DNA of 64,000 nt, from the NCBI GenBank assembly GCA_030390025.1, contig CM059438.1, positions 56,360,001-56,424,000 on the forward strand, written 5' to 3'. Source of the DNA: Squalus acanthias (Eukaryota). The notes below the pieces were generated by a model. The model searched no databases. It was not told where the DNA came from and was given only the letters and a program-made list of their open reading frames with translations. Position 1 is the stretch's first letter, and each line of letters begins with the position of its first letter. This document shows positions 9,781-25,100 of this stretch, piece by piece. Both the position numbers and the translations under genes were made by a program.

Positions 9781-12700
9781 TTGGGAGTGTGGGAGAGTTG
9801 GAGTGTGGGAGAGTTGGTGTGTGGGAGAGTTGGAGTGCGGGAGAGTTGGAGTGTGGGTGAGTTGGAGTGTGTGAGAGTTGGAGTGTGGGAGAGTTGGAGT
9901 GTGGGTGAGTTGGAGTGTGGGTGAGTTGGAGTGTTGGAGTGTGGGAGAGTTGGAGTGTGGCAGAGTTGGAGTGTGGGTGAGTTGGAGTGTGGGTGAGTTG
10001 GAGTGTGGGTGAGTTGGAGTGTTTGAGGGTTGGAGTGCGGGAGAGTTGGAGTGTGGGAGAGTTGGAGTGTGGGAGAGTTGGAGTGTGGTCAGTTGGAGTG
10101 TGGGTGAGTTGGAGTGTTTGAGGGTTGGAGTGTGGGTGAGTTGGAGTGTGGGTGAGTTGGAGTGTTGGAGTGTGGGAGAGTTGGAGTGCGGGTGAGTTGG
10201 AGTGTGGGTGTGTTGGAGTGTTTGAGGGTTGGAGTGTGGGAGAGTTGGAGTGTGGGAGAGTTGGAGTGTGGTCAGTTGGAGTGTGGGTGAGTTGGAGTGT
10301 GGGTGAGTTGGAGTGTGGTCCGTTGGAGTGTGGGTGTGTTGGAGTGTTTGAGAGTTGGAGTGAGGGAGAGTTGGAGTGAGGGAGTGTTGGAGTGAGGGAG
10401 AGTTGGAGTGTGGGAGAGTTGGAGTGTGGGAGAGTTGGAATGTGGGAGAGTAGGAGTGAGGGAGAGTTGGAGTGTGGAAGAGTAGTAGTGAGGGAGGGTT
10501 GGAGTGTGGGAGAGTTGGAGAGTGGGAGAGTTGGAGTGAGGGAGAGTTGGAGTGTCGGAGAGTTGGAGTGTCGGAGAGTTGGAGTGTCGGAGAGTTGGAG
10601 TGTCGGAGAGTTGGAGTGAGGGAGGGTTGGAGTGTCGGAGAGTTGGAGTGTGGGAGAATTGGAGTGAGGGTGAGTTGGAGTGTCAGAGAGTTGGAGTGTG
10701 GGAGAGTTGGAGTGAGGGTGAGTTGGTGTGTGGGAGAGTTGGAGTTTGGGAGAGTTGGAGTGAGGGAGAGTAGGAGTGAGGGAGAGTTAGAGTGCGGGAG
10801 AGTCGGAGTGAGGGAGCGTTGGAGTGTGGGAGAGTTGGAGTGTGGGAGAGTTGGAGTGAGGGAGAGTTGGAGTGAGGGAGAGTTGGAGTGAGGGAGAGTT
10901 GGAGTGAGGGAGTGTTGGAGTGAGGGAGAGTTGGAGTGTGGGAGAGTTGGAGTGTGGGAGAGTTGTAGTGTGGGAGAGTTGGAGTGTGGGAGAGTTGGAG
11001 TGTGGGAGAGTTGGAGTGTGGGAGAGTTGGAGTGTGGGAGAGTTGGAGTGTGGGAGAGTTGGAGTGCAGGAGAGTGGGAGTGAGGAAGAGTTGGAGTGTC
11101 GGTGAGTTAGAGTGAGGGAGAGTTGGTGTGAGGGAGAGTTGGAGTGTTGGAGAGTTGGAGTATGGGAGAGTTGGAGTGAGGGAGAGTTGGAGTGTGGGAG
11201 AGTTGGAGTGTGGGAGAGTTGGAGTGTGGGAGAGTTGGAGTGTGGGAGAGTTGGAGTGTGGGAGAGTTGGAGGGTGGGTGAGTTGGAGTGTGGGAGAGTT
11301 GAAGTGTGGGAGTGTTCGAGTGTGGGAGAGTTGGAGTGTGGGAGAGTTGGAGTGTGGGAGAGTTGGAGTGTGAGAGAGTTGGAGGGTGGGTGAGTTCGAG
11401 TGTGGGAGAGTTGGAGTGTGGGAGAGTTGGAGTGTGGGAGAGTTGGAGTGCAGGAGAGTGGGAGTGAGGGAGAGTTGGAGTGTCGGTGAGTTGGAGTGTG
11501 GGAGAGTTGGTGTGAGGGAGAGTTGGAGTGTTGGAGATTTGGAGTATGGGAGAGTTGGAGTGAGGGAGAGTTGGAGTGTGGGAGAGTTGGAGTGTGGGAG
11601 AGTTGGAGTGTGGGAGAGTTGGAGTGTGGGAGAGTTGGAGGGTGGGTGAGTTGGAGTGTGGGAGAGTTGAAGTGTGGGAGAGTTGGAGTGTGGGAGAGTT
11701 GGAGTGTGGGAGAGTTGGAGGGTGGGTGAGTTGGAGTGTGGGAGAGTTTGAGTGTGGGAGAGTTGGAGTGAGGGAGAGTTGGTGTGAGGGAGAGTTGGAG
11801 TGAGGGAGGGTAGGAGTGTCGGAGAGTTGGAGTGAGGGAGAGTTGGAGTGAGGTAGAGTTGGAGTGTGGGAGAGTTGCAGTGTCGGAGAGTTGGAGTGTG
11901 GGAGAGTTGGAGTCTGGGAGAGTTGGAGTGTGGGAGAGTTGGAGTGAGGGAGCGTTGGAGTGAGGGAGAGTTGGAGTGAGGTAGAGTTGGAGTGTGGGAG
12001 AGTTGGAGTGTCGGAGAGTTGGTGTGTGGGAGAGTTGGAGTGTGGGAGAGTTGGAGTGAGGGAGAGTAGGAGTGAGGGAGAGTTGGAGTGCGGGAGAGTA
12101 GGAGTGAGGGAGGGTTGGAGTGTGGGAGAGTTGGAGTGTGGGAGAGTTGGAGTGAGGGAGAGTTGGAGTGTCGGAGAGTTGGAGTGTCAGAGAGTTGGAG
12201 TGTGGGCGAGTTGGAGTGAGGGTGAGTTGGTGTGTGGGAGAGTTGGAGTGTCCGAGAGTTGGAGTGAGGGAGGGTTGGAGTGTCAGAGATTTGGAGTGAG
12301 GGAGAGTTGGAGTGAGGGAGAGTTGGAGTGTTGGAGAGTTGGAGTGTGGGAGAGTTGGATTGTGGGAGAGTTGGAGTGAGGGAGAGTTGGAGTGTGAGAG
12401 ACTTGGAGTGTCGGAAAGTTGGAGTGTCGGAGAGTTGGAGTGAGGGATAGTTGGTGTGAGGGAGAGTTGGAGTGAGGGAGCGTAGGAGTGTCGGAGAATT
12501 GGAGTGAGGGAGAGTTGGAGTATCGGAGAGCTGGAGTGTGGGAGAGTTGGAGTGTTGGAGAGTTGGAGTGTCGGAGAGCTGGAGTGTGGGAGAGTTGGAG
12601 TGTGGGAGAGTTGGAGTGCGGTAGATTTGGAGTGTGGGAGAGTTGGAGTGTTGGAGAGTTGGAGTGTGGGAGAGTTGGAGTGAGGGAGAGTTGGAGTGTG

Positions 12701-15602
12701 GGAGAGTTGGAGTGCGGTAGATTTGGAGTGTGGGAGAGTTGGAGTGAGGGAGAGTTGGAGTGAGGGAGAGTTGGAGTGTGGGAGAGTTGGAGTGTGGGAG
12801 AGTTGGAGTGTGGGAGAGTTGGAGTGAGGGAGAGTTGGAGTGAGGGAGAGTTGGAGTGAGTGAGAGTTGGAGTGCGGTAGATTTGGAGTGTGGGAGAGTT
12901 GGAGTGAGGGAGAGTTGGAGTGAGGGAGAGTTGGAGTGTCGGAGAGTTGGAGTGTTGGAGAGTTGGAGTGAGGGAGAGTTGGAGTGAGTGAGAGTTGGAG
13001 TGAGGGAGAGTTGGAGTGTGGGAGAGTTGGAGTGTGGGAGAGTTGGAGTGAGTGAGAGTTGGAGTGTGGGAGAGTTGGAGTGTGGGTGAGTTGGTGTGTG
13101 GGTGAGTTGGAGTGTGGGTGAGTTGGAATGTTTGAGGGTTGGAGTGTGGGAGAGTTGGAGTGTGGGAGAGTTGTAGTGTGGGAGAGTTGGAGTGTGGGAG
13201 AGTTGTAGTGTGGGTGAGTTGGAGTGTGCGAGAGTTGGAGTGTGGGAGAGTTGGAGTGTGGGTGAGTTGGAGTGTGGGTGAGTTGGAGTGTGGCAGAGTT
13301 GGAGTGTGGGTGAGTTGGAGTGTGGGTGAGTTGGAGTGTGGGTGAGTTGGAGTGTGGGTGAGTTGGAGTGTGGCAGAGTTGGAGTGTGGGTGAGTTGGAG
13401 TGTGGGTGAGTTGGAGTGTGGGTGAGTTGGAGTGTGGGAGAGTTGGAGTGTGGGAGAGTTGGAGTGTGGGTGAGTTGGAGTGTGGGTGAGTTGGAGTGTG
13501 GGAGAGTTGGAGTGTGGGTGAGTTGGAGTGTGGGTGAGTTGGAGTGTGGGTGAGTTGGAGTGTTTGAGGGTTGGAGTGCGGGAGAGTTGGAGTGTGGGAG
13601 AGTTGGAGTGTGGTCAGTTGGAGTGTGGGTGAGTTGGAGTGTTTGAGGGTTGGAGTGTGGGTTAGTTGGAGTGTGGGTGAGTTGGAGTGTTGGAGTGTGG
13701 GAGAGTTGGAGTGCGGGTGAGTTGGAGTGTGGGTGTGTTGGAGTGTTTGAGGGTTGGAGTGTGGGAGAGTTGGAGTGTGGGAGAGTTGGAGTGTGGTCAG
13801 TTGGAGTGTGGGTGAGTTGGAGTGTGGGTGAGTTGGAGTGTGGTCAGTTGGAGTGTGGGTGTGTTGGAGTGTTTGAGAGTTGTAGTGAGGGAGAGTTGGA
13901 GTGAGGGAGTGTTGGAGTGAGGGAGAGTTGGAGTGTGGGAGAGTTGGAGTGTGGGAGAGTTGGAGTGAGGGAGGGTAGGAGTGTCGGAGAGTTGGAGTGA
14001 GGGAGAGTTGGAGTGAGGTAGAGTTGGAGTGTGGGAGAGTTGCAGTGTCGGAGAGTTGGAGTGTGGGAGAGTTGGAGTGTGGGAGAGTTGGAGTGTGGGA
14101 GAGTTGGAGTGAGGGAGCGTTGGAGTGAGGGAGAGTTGGAGTGAGGTAGAGTTGGAGTGTGGGAGAGTTGGAGTGTCGGAGAGTTGGAGTGTGGGAGAGT
14201 TGGAGTGTGGGAGAGTTGGAGTGAGGGAGAGTAGGAGTGAGGGAGAGTTGGAGTGCGGGAGAGTAGGAGTGAGGGAGGGTTAGAGTGTGGGAGAGTTGGA
14301 GAGTGGGAGAGTTAGAGTGAGGGAGAGTTGGAGTGTTGGAGAGTTGGAGTGTCAGAGAGTTGGAGTGTGGGCGAGTTGGAGTGAGGGTGAGTTGGTGCGT
14401 GGGAGAGTTGGAGTGTCCGAGAGTTGGAGTGAGGGAGGGTTGGAGTGTCGGAGATTTGGAGTGTCAGAGAGTTGAAGTGTGGGAGAGTTGGAGTGAGGGA
14501 GAGTTGGAGTGTGGGAGAGTTGGAGTGTGGGAGAGTTGGAGTGTGGGAGAGTTGGAGTGTGGGAGAGTTGGAGTGCAGGAGAGTGGGAGTGAGGAAGAGT
14601 TGGATTATCGGTGAGTTGGAGTGAGGGAGAGTTGGTGTGAGGGAGAGTTGGAGTGTTGGAGAGTTGGAGTATGGGAGAGTTGGAGTGAGGGAGAGTTTGA
14701 GTGTGGGAGAGTTGGAGTGTGGGAGAGTTGGAGTGTGGGAGAGTTGGAGTGTGGGAGAGTTGGAGTGTGGGAGAGTTGGAGGGTGGGTGAGTTGGAGTGT
14801 GGGAGAGTTGAAGTGTGGGAGTGTTCGAGTGTGGGAGAGTTGGAGTGTGAGAGAGTTGGAGGGTGGGTGAGTTGGAGTGTGGGAGAGTTGGAGTGTGGGA
14901 GAGTTGGAGTGTGGGAGAGTTGGAGTGTGGGAGAGTTGGAGCGCAGGAGAGTGGGAGTGAGGGAGAATTGGTGTGTCGGTGAGTTGGAGTGTGGGAGAGT
15001 TGGTGTGAGGGAGAGTTGGATTGTTGGAGATTTGGAGTATGGGAGAGTTGGAGTGAGGGAGAGTTGGAGTGTGGGAGAGTTGGAGTGTGGGAGAGTTGGA
15101 GTGTGGGAGATTTGGAGTGTGGGAGAGTTGGAGGGTGGGTGAGTTGGAGTGTGGGAGAGTTGAAGTGTGGGAGAGTTGGAGTTTGGGAGAGTTGGAGTGT
15201 GGGAGAGTTGGAGGGTGGGTGAGTTGGAGTGTGGGAGAGTTTGAGTGTGGGAGAGTTGGAGTGAGGGAGGGTTGGTGTGAGGGAGAGTTGGAGTGAGGGA
15301 GGGTGGGAGTGTCGGAGAGTTGGAGTGAGGGAGAGTTGGAGTGAGGTAGAGTTGGAGTGTGGGAGAGTTGCAGTGTTGGAGAGTTGGAGTGTGGGAGAGT
15401 TGGAGTGTGGGAGAGTTGGAGTGTGGGAGAGTTGGAGTGAGGGAGCGTTGGAGTGAGGGAGAGTTGGAGTGAGGGAGAGTTGGAGTGCGGGAGAGTAGGA
15501 GTGAGGGAGGGTTGGAGTGTGGGAGAGTTGGAGAGTGGGAGAGTTAGAGTGAGGGAGAGTTGGAGTGTCGGAGAGTTGGAGTGTCAGAGAGTTGGAGTGT
15601 GG
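9781..15602. repeat. 16-bp satellite, G-rich strand on + (inverted relative to the flanking contigs), about 3.5-kb higher-order repeat
   Basis: (GAGAGTTGGAGTGTGG)n; variant blocks recur at offsets of about 3.5 kb (11128 vs 14637, 11496 vs 14989). 5999-6046 has the same orientation. Confidence 0.97.
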
Positions 15603-16102
15603 NNNNNNNNNNNNNNNNNNNNNNNNNNNNNNNNNNNNNNNNNNNNNNNNNNNNNNNNNNNNNNNNNNNNNNNNNNNNNNNNNNNNNNNNNNNNNNNNNN
15701 NNNNNNNNNNNNNNNNNNNNNNNNNNNNNNNNNNNNNNNNNNNNNNNNNNNNNNNNNNNNNNNNNNNNNNNNNNNNNNNNNNNNNNNNNNNNNNNNNNNN
15801 NNNNNNNNNNNNNNNNNNNNNNNNNNNNNNNNNNNNNNNNNNNNNNNNNNNNNNNNNNNNNNNNNNNNNNNNNNNNNNNNNNNNNNNNNNNNNNNNNNNN
15901 NNNNNNNNNNNNNNNNNNNNNNNNNNNNNNNNNNNNNNNNNNNNNNNNNNNNNNNNNNNNNNNNNNNNNNNNNNNNNNNNNNNNNNNNNNNNNNNNNNNN
16001 NNNNNNNNNNNNNNNNNNNNNNNNNNNNNNNNNNNNNNNNNNNNNNNNNNNNNNNNNNNNNNNNNNNNNNNNNNNNNNNNNNNNNNNNNNNNNNNNNNNN
16101 NN
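15603..16102. other. Assembly gap (500 N)
   Basis: N run. Confidence 1.
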
Positions 16103-19100
16103 ACACTCCAACTCTCCCACACTCCAACTCTCCCACACTCCAACTCTCCCACACTCCAACTCTCCCACACTCCAACTCTCCCACACTCCAACTCTCCCTC
16201 ACTCCAACTCTCCCACACTCCAACTCTCCGACACTCCAACTCTCCCACACTCCAACTCTCCCACACTCCAACTCTCCCACACTCCAACTCTCCCACACTC
16301 CAACTCTCCCACACTCCAACTCTCCCACACTCCAACTCTCCCTCACTCCAACTCTCCCTCACTCCAACTCTCCCACACTCCAACTCTCCCAGACTCCAAC
16401 TCTCCCACACTCTAACACTCCGATACTGCAACTCTCCCACACTCCAACTCTCAGACACTCCAACTCTCCCACACTCCAACTCTCCCACACTCCAACTCTC
16501 CAAAACTCCAACTCTCCCATACTCCAACTCTCAGACACTCCAACTCTCCCACACTCCAACTCTCCCAAACTCCAATTCTCCCACATTCCAACTCTCCAAC
16601 ACTCCAACTCTCCCACACTCCAACTCTCAGACACTCCAACTCTCCCTCACTCCAACTCTCCCTCACTCCAATTCTCCCACACTCCAACTCTCCGACACTC
16701 CAAATCTCCCACACTCCAACTCTCCCATACTCCATCACTCCGACACTCCAACTGTCCCACACTCCAACTGTCCCACACTCCAACTCTCCCTCACTCCAAC
16801 TCTCCCGCACTCCAACTCTCTGACACTCCAACTCTCCCACACTCCAACTCTCCCACACTCTAACTCTCCCACACTCTAACTCTCCCTCACTCCAAATCTC
16901 CCTCACTCCTACTCTCCCTCACTCCAACTCTCCCACACTCCAACTCTCCCACACTCCAACTCTCCCACACTCCAACTCTCAGACACTCCAACTCTCCCTC
17001 ACTCGAACTCTCCCTCACTCCAATTCTCCCACACTCCAACTCACCCACACTCCAACTCTCCCACACTCCAACTCTCCAACACTCCAACTCTCCCACACTC
17101 CAACTCTCAGACACTCCAACTCTCCCACACTCCAACTCTCAGACACTCCAACTCTCCCTCACTCCAACTCTCCCTCACTTCAATTCTCCCACACTCCAAC
17201 TCACCCACACTCCAACTCTCCCACACTCCAACTCTCCGACACTCCAAATCTCCCACACTCCAACTCTCGCACACTCCATCACTCCGACACTCCAACTCAC
17301 CCACACTCCAACTGTCCCACACTCCAACTCTCCCTCACTCCAACTCTCCCAACACTCCAACTCTCCCACTCTCCAACTCTCCCTCACTCCTACTCTCCCT
17401 CACTCCAACTCTCCCAGACTCCAACTCTCCCACACTCCAACTCTCCGACACTCCAACTCTCGCTCACTCCAACTCTCCCACACTCCAACTCTCCGACACT
17501 CCAACTCTCCCACACTCCAACTCTCCCACACTCCAACTCTCCCTCACTCCAACTCTCCCACACTCCAACTCTCCCACACTCCAACTCTCCCACACTCCAA
17601 CTCTCCCTCACTCCAACTCTCCCACACTCCAACTCTCCCACACTCCAACTCTCCCACACTCCAACTCTCCCACACTCCAACTCTCCCACACTCCAACTCT
17701 CCCACACTCCAACTCTCCCACACTCCAACTCTCCCACACTCCAACTCTCCCACACTCCAACTCTCCCACACTCCAACTCTCCCTCACTCCAACTCTCCCA
17801 CACTCCAACTCTCCCACACTCCAACTCTCCCACACTCCAACTCTCCCTCACTCCAACTCTCCCACACTCCAACTCTCCCACACTCCAACTCTCCCACACT
17901 CCAACTCTCCCACACTCCAACTCTCCCACACTCCAACTCTCCCACACTCCAACTCTCCCTCACTCCAACTCTCCGACACTCCAACTCTCCCACACTCCAA
18001 CTCTCCCACACTCCAACTCTCCCACACTCCAACTCTCCCTCACTCCAACTCTCACACTCCAACTCCCACACTCCAACTCTCCCACACTCCAACTCTCCCA
18101 CACTCCAACTCTCCGACACTCCAACTCTCCCTCACTCCAACTCTCCCACACTCCAACTCTCCACACTCCAACTCTCCCACACTCCAACTCTCCCACACTC
18201 CAACTCTCCCACACTCCAACTCTCCCTCACTCCAACTCTCCACACTCCAACTCTCCCACACTCCAACTCTCCCTCACTCCAACTCTCCCTCACTCCAACT
18301 CTCCCACACTCCAACTCTCCCACACTCCAACTCTCCCACACTCCAACTCTCCATCACTCCAACTCTCCCACACTCCAACTCTCCCACACTCCAACTCTCC
18401 CACACTCCAACTCTCCGACACTCCAACTCTCCCTCACTCCAACTCTCCCACACTCCAACTCTCCCACACTCCAACTCTCCCACACTCCAACTCTCCGACA
18501 CTCCAACTCTCCGACACTCCAACTCTCCCACACTCCAACTCTCCCACACTCCAACTCTCCCACACTCCAACTCTCCGACACTCCAACTCTCCCACACTCC
18601 AACTCTCCCACACTCCAACTCTCCCACACTCCAACTCTCCCACACTCCAACTCTCCCACACTCCAACTCTCCCTCACTCCAACTCTCCCACACTCCAACT
18701 CTCCCTCACTCCAACTCTCCCACACTCCAACTCTCCGACACTCCAACTCTCCCACACTCCAACTCTCCGACACTCCAACTCTCCCACACTCCAACTCTCC
18801 CACACTCCAACTCTCCCACACTCCAACTCTCCCACACTCCAACTCTCCGACACTCCAACTCTCCCACACTCCAACTCTCCCACACTCCAACTCTCCCACA
18901 CTCCAACTCTCCCACACTCCAACTCTCCCACACTCCAACTCTCCCACACTCCAACTCTCCCTCACTCCAACTCTCCCTCACTCCAACTCTCCCACACTCC
19001 AACTCTCCCACACTCCAACTCTCCCACACTCCAACTCTCCCACACTCCAACTCTCCCACACTCCAACTCTCCCACACTCCAACTCTCCCACACTCCAACT

Positions 19101-22100
19101 CTCCCTCACTCCAACTCTCCCTCACTCCAACTCTCCCACACTCCAACTCTCTGACACTCCAACTCTCCCTCACTCCAACTCTCCCACACTCCAACTCTCC
19201 GACACTCCAACTCTCCCTCACTCCAACTCTCCGACACTCCAACTCTCCCTCACTCCAACTCTCCCTCACTCCAACTCTCCCACACTCCAACTCTCCCACA
19301 CTCCAACTCTCCCTCACTCCAACTCTCCCACACTCCAACTCTCCCACACTCCAACTCTCCCACACTCCAACTCTCCCACACTCCAACTCTCCCACACTCC
19401 AACTCTCCCACACTCCAACTCTCCCACACTCCAACTCTCCCACACTCCAACTCTCCCACACTCCAACTCTCCGACACTCCAACTCTCCCTCACTCCAACT
19501 CTCCCACACTCCAACTCTCCCGACACTCCAACTCTCAGACACTCCAACTCTCCCTCACTCCAACTCTCTGACACTCCAACTCTCCCACACTCCAACTCTC
19601 CGACACTCCAACTCTCCCACACTCCAACTCTCCGACACTCCAACTCTCCCACACTCCAACTCTCCCACACTCCAACTCTCCCACACTCCAACTCTCCCAC
19701 ACTCCAACTCTCCCACACTCCAACTCTCCCACACTCCAACTCTCCCACACTCCAACTCTCCCTCACTCCAACTCTCCCACACTCCAACTCTCCCACACTC
19801 CAACTCTCCCACACTCCAACTCTCCCTCACTCCAACTCTCCCACACTCCAACTCTCCCACACTCCAACTCTCCCTCACTCCAACTCTCCCACACTCCAAC
19901 TCTCCCACACTCCAACTCTCCCACACTCCAACTCTCCGACACTCCAACTCTCCGACACTCCAACTCTCCCTCACTCCAACTCTCCCACACTCCAACTCTC
20001 CCACACTCCAACTCTCCCTCACTCCAACTCTCCACACTCCAACTCTCCCACACTCCAACTCTCCCACACTCCAACTCTCCCACACTCCAACTCTCCCACA
20101 CTCCAACTCTCCCACACTCCAACTCTCCCACACTCCAACTCTCCCACACTCCAACTCTCCCACACTCCAACTCTCCCACACTCCAACTCTCCCACACTCC
20201 AACTCTCCGACACTCCAACTCTCCCACACTCCAACTCTCCCACACTCCAACTCTCCCTCACTCCAACTCTCCCTCACTCCAACTCTCCCACACTCCAACT
20301 CTCCCAGACTCCAACTCTCCCACACTCTAACACTCCGATACTCCAACTCTCCCACACTCCAACTCTCAGACACTCCAACTCTCCCACACTCCAACTCTCC
20401 CACACTCCAACTCTCCAAACTCCAACTCTCCCATACTCCAACTCTCAGACACTCCAACTCTCCCACACTCCAACTCTCCCACACTCCAATTCTCCCACAT
20501 TCCAACTCTCCAACACTCCAACTCTCCCACACTCCAACTCTCAGACACTCCAACTCTCCCTCACTCCAACTCTCCCTCACTCCAATTCTCCCACACTCCA
20601 ACTCTCCGACACTCCAAATCTCCCACACTCCAACTCTCCCATACTCCATCACTCCGACACTCCAACTGTCCCACACTCCAACTGTCCCACACTCCAACTC
20701 TCCCTCACTCCAACTCTCCCGCACTCCAACTCTCTGACACTCCAACTCTCCCACACTCCAACTCTCCCACACTCTAACTCTCCCACACTCTAACTCTCCC
20801 TCACTCCAAATCTCCCTCACTCCTACTCTCCCTCACTCCAACTCTCCCACACTCCAACTCTCCCACACTCCAACTCTCCCACACTCCAACTCTCAGACAC
20901 TCCAACTCTCCCTCACTCGAACTCTCCCTCACTCCAATTCTCCCACACTCCAACTCACCCACACTCCAACTCTCCCACACTCCAACTCTCCAACACTCCA
21001 ACTCTCCCACACTCCAACTCTCAGACACTCCAACTCTCCCACACTCCAACTCTCAGACACTCCAACTCTCCCTCACTCCAACTCTCCCTCACTTCAATTC
21101 TCCCACACTCCAACTCACCCACACTCCAACTCTCCCACACTCCAACTCTCCGACACTCCAAATCTCCCACACTCCAACTCTCGCACACTCCATCACTCCG
21201 ACACTCCAACTCACCCACACTCCAACTGTCCCACACTCCAACTCTCCCTCACTCCAACTCTCCCACACTCCAACTCTCCCACACTCCAACTCTCCCACAC
21301 TCCAACTCTCCACACTCCAACTCTCCTACACTCCAACTCTCCCACACTCCAACTCTCTGACACTCCAACTCTCCCTCACACCAACTCTCCCACACTCCAA
21401 CTCTCCGACACTCCAACTCTCCCACACTCCAACTCTCTGACACTCCAACTCTCCCTCACTCCAACTCTCCCTCACTCCAACTCTCCCACACTCCAACTCT
21501 CCCACACTCCAACTCTCCCTCACTCCAACTCTCCCACACTCCAACTCTCCCACACTCCAACTCTCCCACACTCCAACTCTCCCACACTCCAACTCTCCCA
21601 CACTCCAACTCTCCACACTCCAACTCTCCCACACTCCAACTCTCCACACTCCAACTCTCCCACACTCCAACTCTCCGACACTCCAACTCTCCCACACTCC
21701 AACTCTCCCACACTCCAACTCTCCCACACTCCAACTCTCCCACACTCCAACTCTCCCACACTCCAACTCTCCACACTCCAACTCTCCCACACTCCAACTC
21801 TCCCACACTCCAACTCTCCCACACTCCAACTCTCCCACACTCCAACTCTCCCACACTCCAACTCTCCCTCACTCCAACTCTCCCACACTCCAACTCTCCC
21901 ACACTCCAACTCTCCCACACTCCAACTCTCCCACACTCCAACTCTCCCACACTCCAACTCTCCACACTCCAACTCTCCCACACTCCAACTCTCCCACACT
22001 CCAACTCTCCACACTCCAACTCTCCCTCACTCCAACTCTCCCACACTCCAACTCTCCCACACTCCAACTCTCCCACACTCCAACTCTCCCACACTCCAAC

Positions 22101-25100
22101 TCTCCACACTCCAACTCTCCCACACTCCAACTCTCCACACTCCAACTCTCCTCACTCCAACTCTCCCTCACTCCAACTCTCCCACACTCCAACTCTCCCA
22201 CACTCCAACTCTCCCACACTCCAACTCTCCCACACTCCAACTCTCCGACACTCCAACTCTCCCACACTCCAACTCTCCCACACTCCAACTCTCCCTCACT
22301 CCAACTCTCCCACACTCCAACTCTCCGACACTCCAACTCTCTCACACTCCAACTCTCCCACACTCCAACTCTCCCACACTCCAACTCTCCCACACTCCAA
22401 CTCTCCCACACTCCAACTCTCCCACACTCCAACTCTCCGACACTCCAACTCTCCCACACTCCAACTCTCCCACACTCCAACTCTCCCACACTCCAACTCA
22501 CCCGCACTCCAACTCTCTGACACTCCAACTCTCCCCACTCCAACTCTCCCTCACACAACTCTCCCACACTCCAACTCTCCCACACTCCAACTCTCCCACA
22601 CTCCAACTCTCCCACACTCCAACTCTCCACACTCCAACTCTCCCACACTCCAACTCACCCACACTCCAACTCTCCACACTCCAACTCTCCCACACTCCAA
22701 CTCTCCCACACTCCAACTCTCCCACACTCCAACTCTCCCACACTCCAACTCTCCCACACTCTAACTCTCCCTCACTCCAACTCTCCCACACTCCAACTCT
22801 CCCACACTCCAACTCTCAGACACTCCAACTCACCCTCACTCCAACTCTCTCACACTCCAACTCACCCACACTCCAACTCTCCGACACTCCAACTCTCCCA
22901 CACTCCAACTCTCCGACACTCCAACTCTCCCACACTCCAACTCTCCCACACTCCAACTCTCCCACACTCCAACTCTCCCACACTCCAACTCTCCGACACT
23001 CCAACTCTCCCACACTCTAACTCTCCCACACTCCAACTCTCCCTCACTCCAACTCTCCCTCACTCCAACTCTCCCACACTCCAACTCTCCCAGACTCCAA
23101 CTCTCCCACACTCTAACACTCCGATACTCCAACTCTCCCACACTCCAACTCTCAGACACTCCAACTCTCCCACACTCCAACTCTCCCACACTCCAACTCT
23201 CCAAAACTCCAACTCTCCCATACTCCAACTCTCAGACACTCCAACTCTCCCACACTCCAACTCTCCCACACTCCAATTCTCCCACATTCCAACTCTCCAA
23301 CACTCCAACTCTCCCACACTCCAACTCTCAGACACTCCAACTCTCCCTCACTCCAACTCTCCCTCACTCCAATTCTCCCACACTCCAACTCTCCGACACT
23401 CCAAATCTCCCACACTCCAACTCTCCCATACTCCATCACTCCGACACTCCAACTGTCCCACACTCCAACTGTCCCACACTCCAACTCTCCCACACTCCAA
23501 CTCTCCCGCACTCCAACTCTCCGACACTCCAACTCTCCCACACTCCAACTCTCCCACACTCCAACTCTCCCACACTCAACTCTCCCTCACTCCAACTCTC
23601 CCTCACTCCAACTCTCCCTCACTCCAACTCTCCCACACTCCAACTCTCCCACACTCCAACTCTCCCACACTCCAACTCTCCGACACTCCAACTCTCCCTC
23701 ACTCCAACTCTCCCTCACTCCAACTCTCCCACACTCCAACTCTCCCACACTCCAACTCTCCCACACTCCAACTCTCCCACACTCCAACTCTCCCACACTC
23801 CAACTCTCCACACTCCAACTCTCCCACACTCCAACTCTCCACACTCCAACTCTCCCTCACTCCAACTCTCCCTCACTCCAACTCTCCCACACTCCAACTC
23901 TCCCACACTCCAACTCTCCCACACTCCAACTCTCCCACACTCCAACTCTCCCACACTCCAACTCTCCACACTCCAACTCTCCCACACTCAACTCTCCCAC
24001 ACTCCAACTGTCCCACACTCCAACTCTCCCTCACTCCTACTCTCCACACTCCACTCTCCCAATCTCCACTTCCCTCACTCCAACTCTCCCACACTCAACT
24101 CTCCAGACTCCAACTCTCCCACACTCCAACTCTCCGACACTCCAACTCTCCTCACTCCAACTCTCCCACACTCCAACTCTCCCTCACTCCAACTCTCCCA
24201 CACTCCAACTCTCCCACACTCCAACACTCCCACACACAAACTCTCCCACACTCCAACTCTCCCACACTCAAACTCTCCCACACTCCAACCTCTCCCTCAC
24301 TCCAACTCTCGCACACTCCAACCTCTCCCACACTCCAACTCTCCACACTCCAACTCTCCCACACTCCAACTCTCCCACACTCCAACTCTCCCACACTCCA
24401 ACTCTCCCACACTCCAACTCTCCCACACTCCAACTCTCCCACACTCCAACTCTCCCACACTCAACTCTCCCACACTCCAACTCACCCACACTCCAACTCT
24501 CCCACACTCCAACTCTCCCACACTCCAACTCTCCCACACTCCAACTCTCCCACACTCCAACTCTCCCACACTCCAACTCTCCCACACTCCAACTCTCCCA
24601 CACTCCAACTCTCCCACACTCCAACTCTCCCACACTCCAACTCTCCCACACTCCAACTCTCCGACACTCCAACTCTCCCACACTCCAACTCTCCGACACT
24701 CCAACTCTCCCACACTCCAACTCTCCCACACTCCAACTCTCCCACACTCCAACTCTCCCACACTCCAACTCTCCGACACTCCAACTCTCCCACACTCCAA
24801 CTCTCCGACACTCCAACTCTCCCACACTCCAACTCTCCCACACTCCAACTCTCCCTCACTCCAACTCTCCCTCACTCCAACTCTCCCACACTCCAACTCT
24901 CCCAGACTCCAACTCTCCCACACTCTAACACTCCGATACTCCAACTCTCCCACACTCCAACTCTCAGACACTCCAACTCTCCCACACTCCAACTCTCCCA
25001 CACTCCAACTCTCCAAAACTCCAACTCTCCCATACTCCAACTCTCAGACACTCCAACTCTCCCACACTCCAACTCTCCCACACTCCAATTCTCCCACATT

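Noticed and set aside
9781..15602. Telomeric repeat
   Set aside because: G-rich but not (TTAGGG)n.
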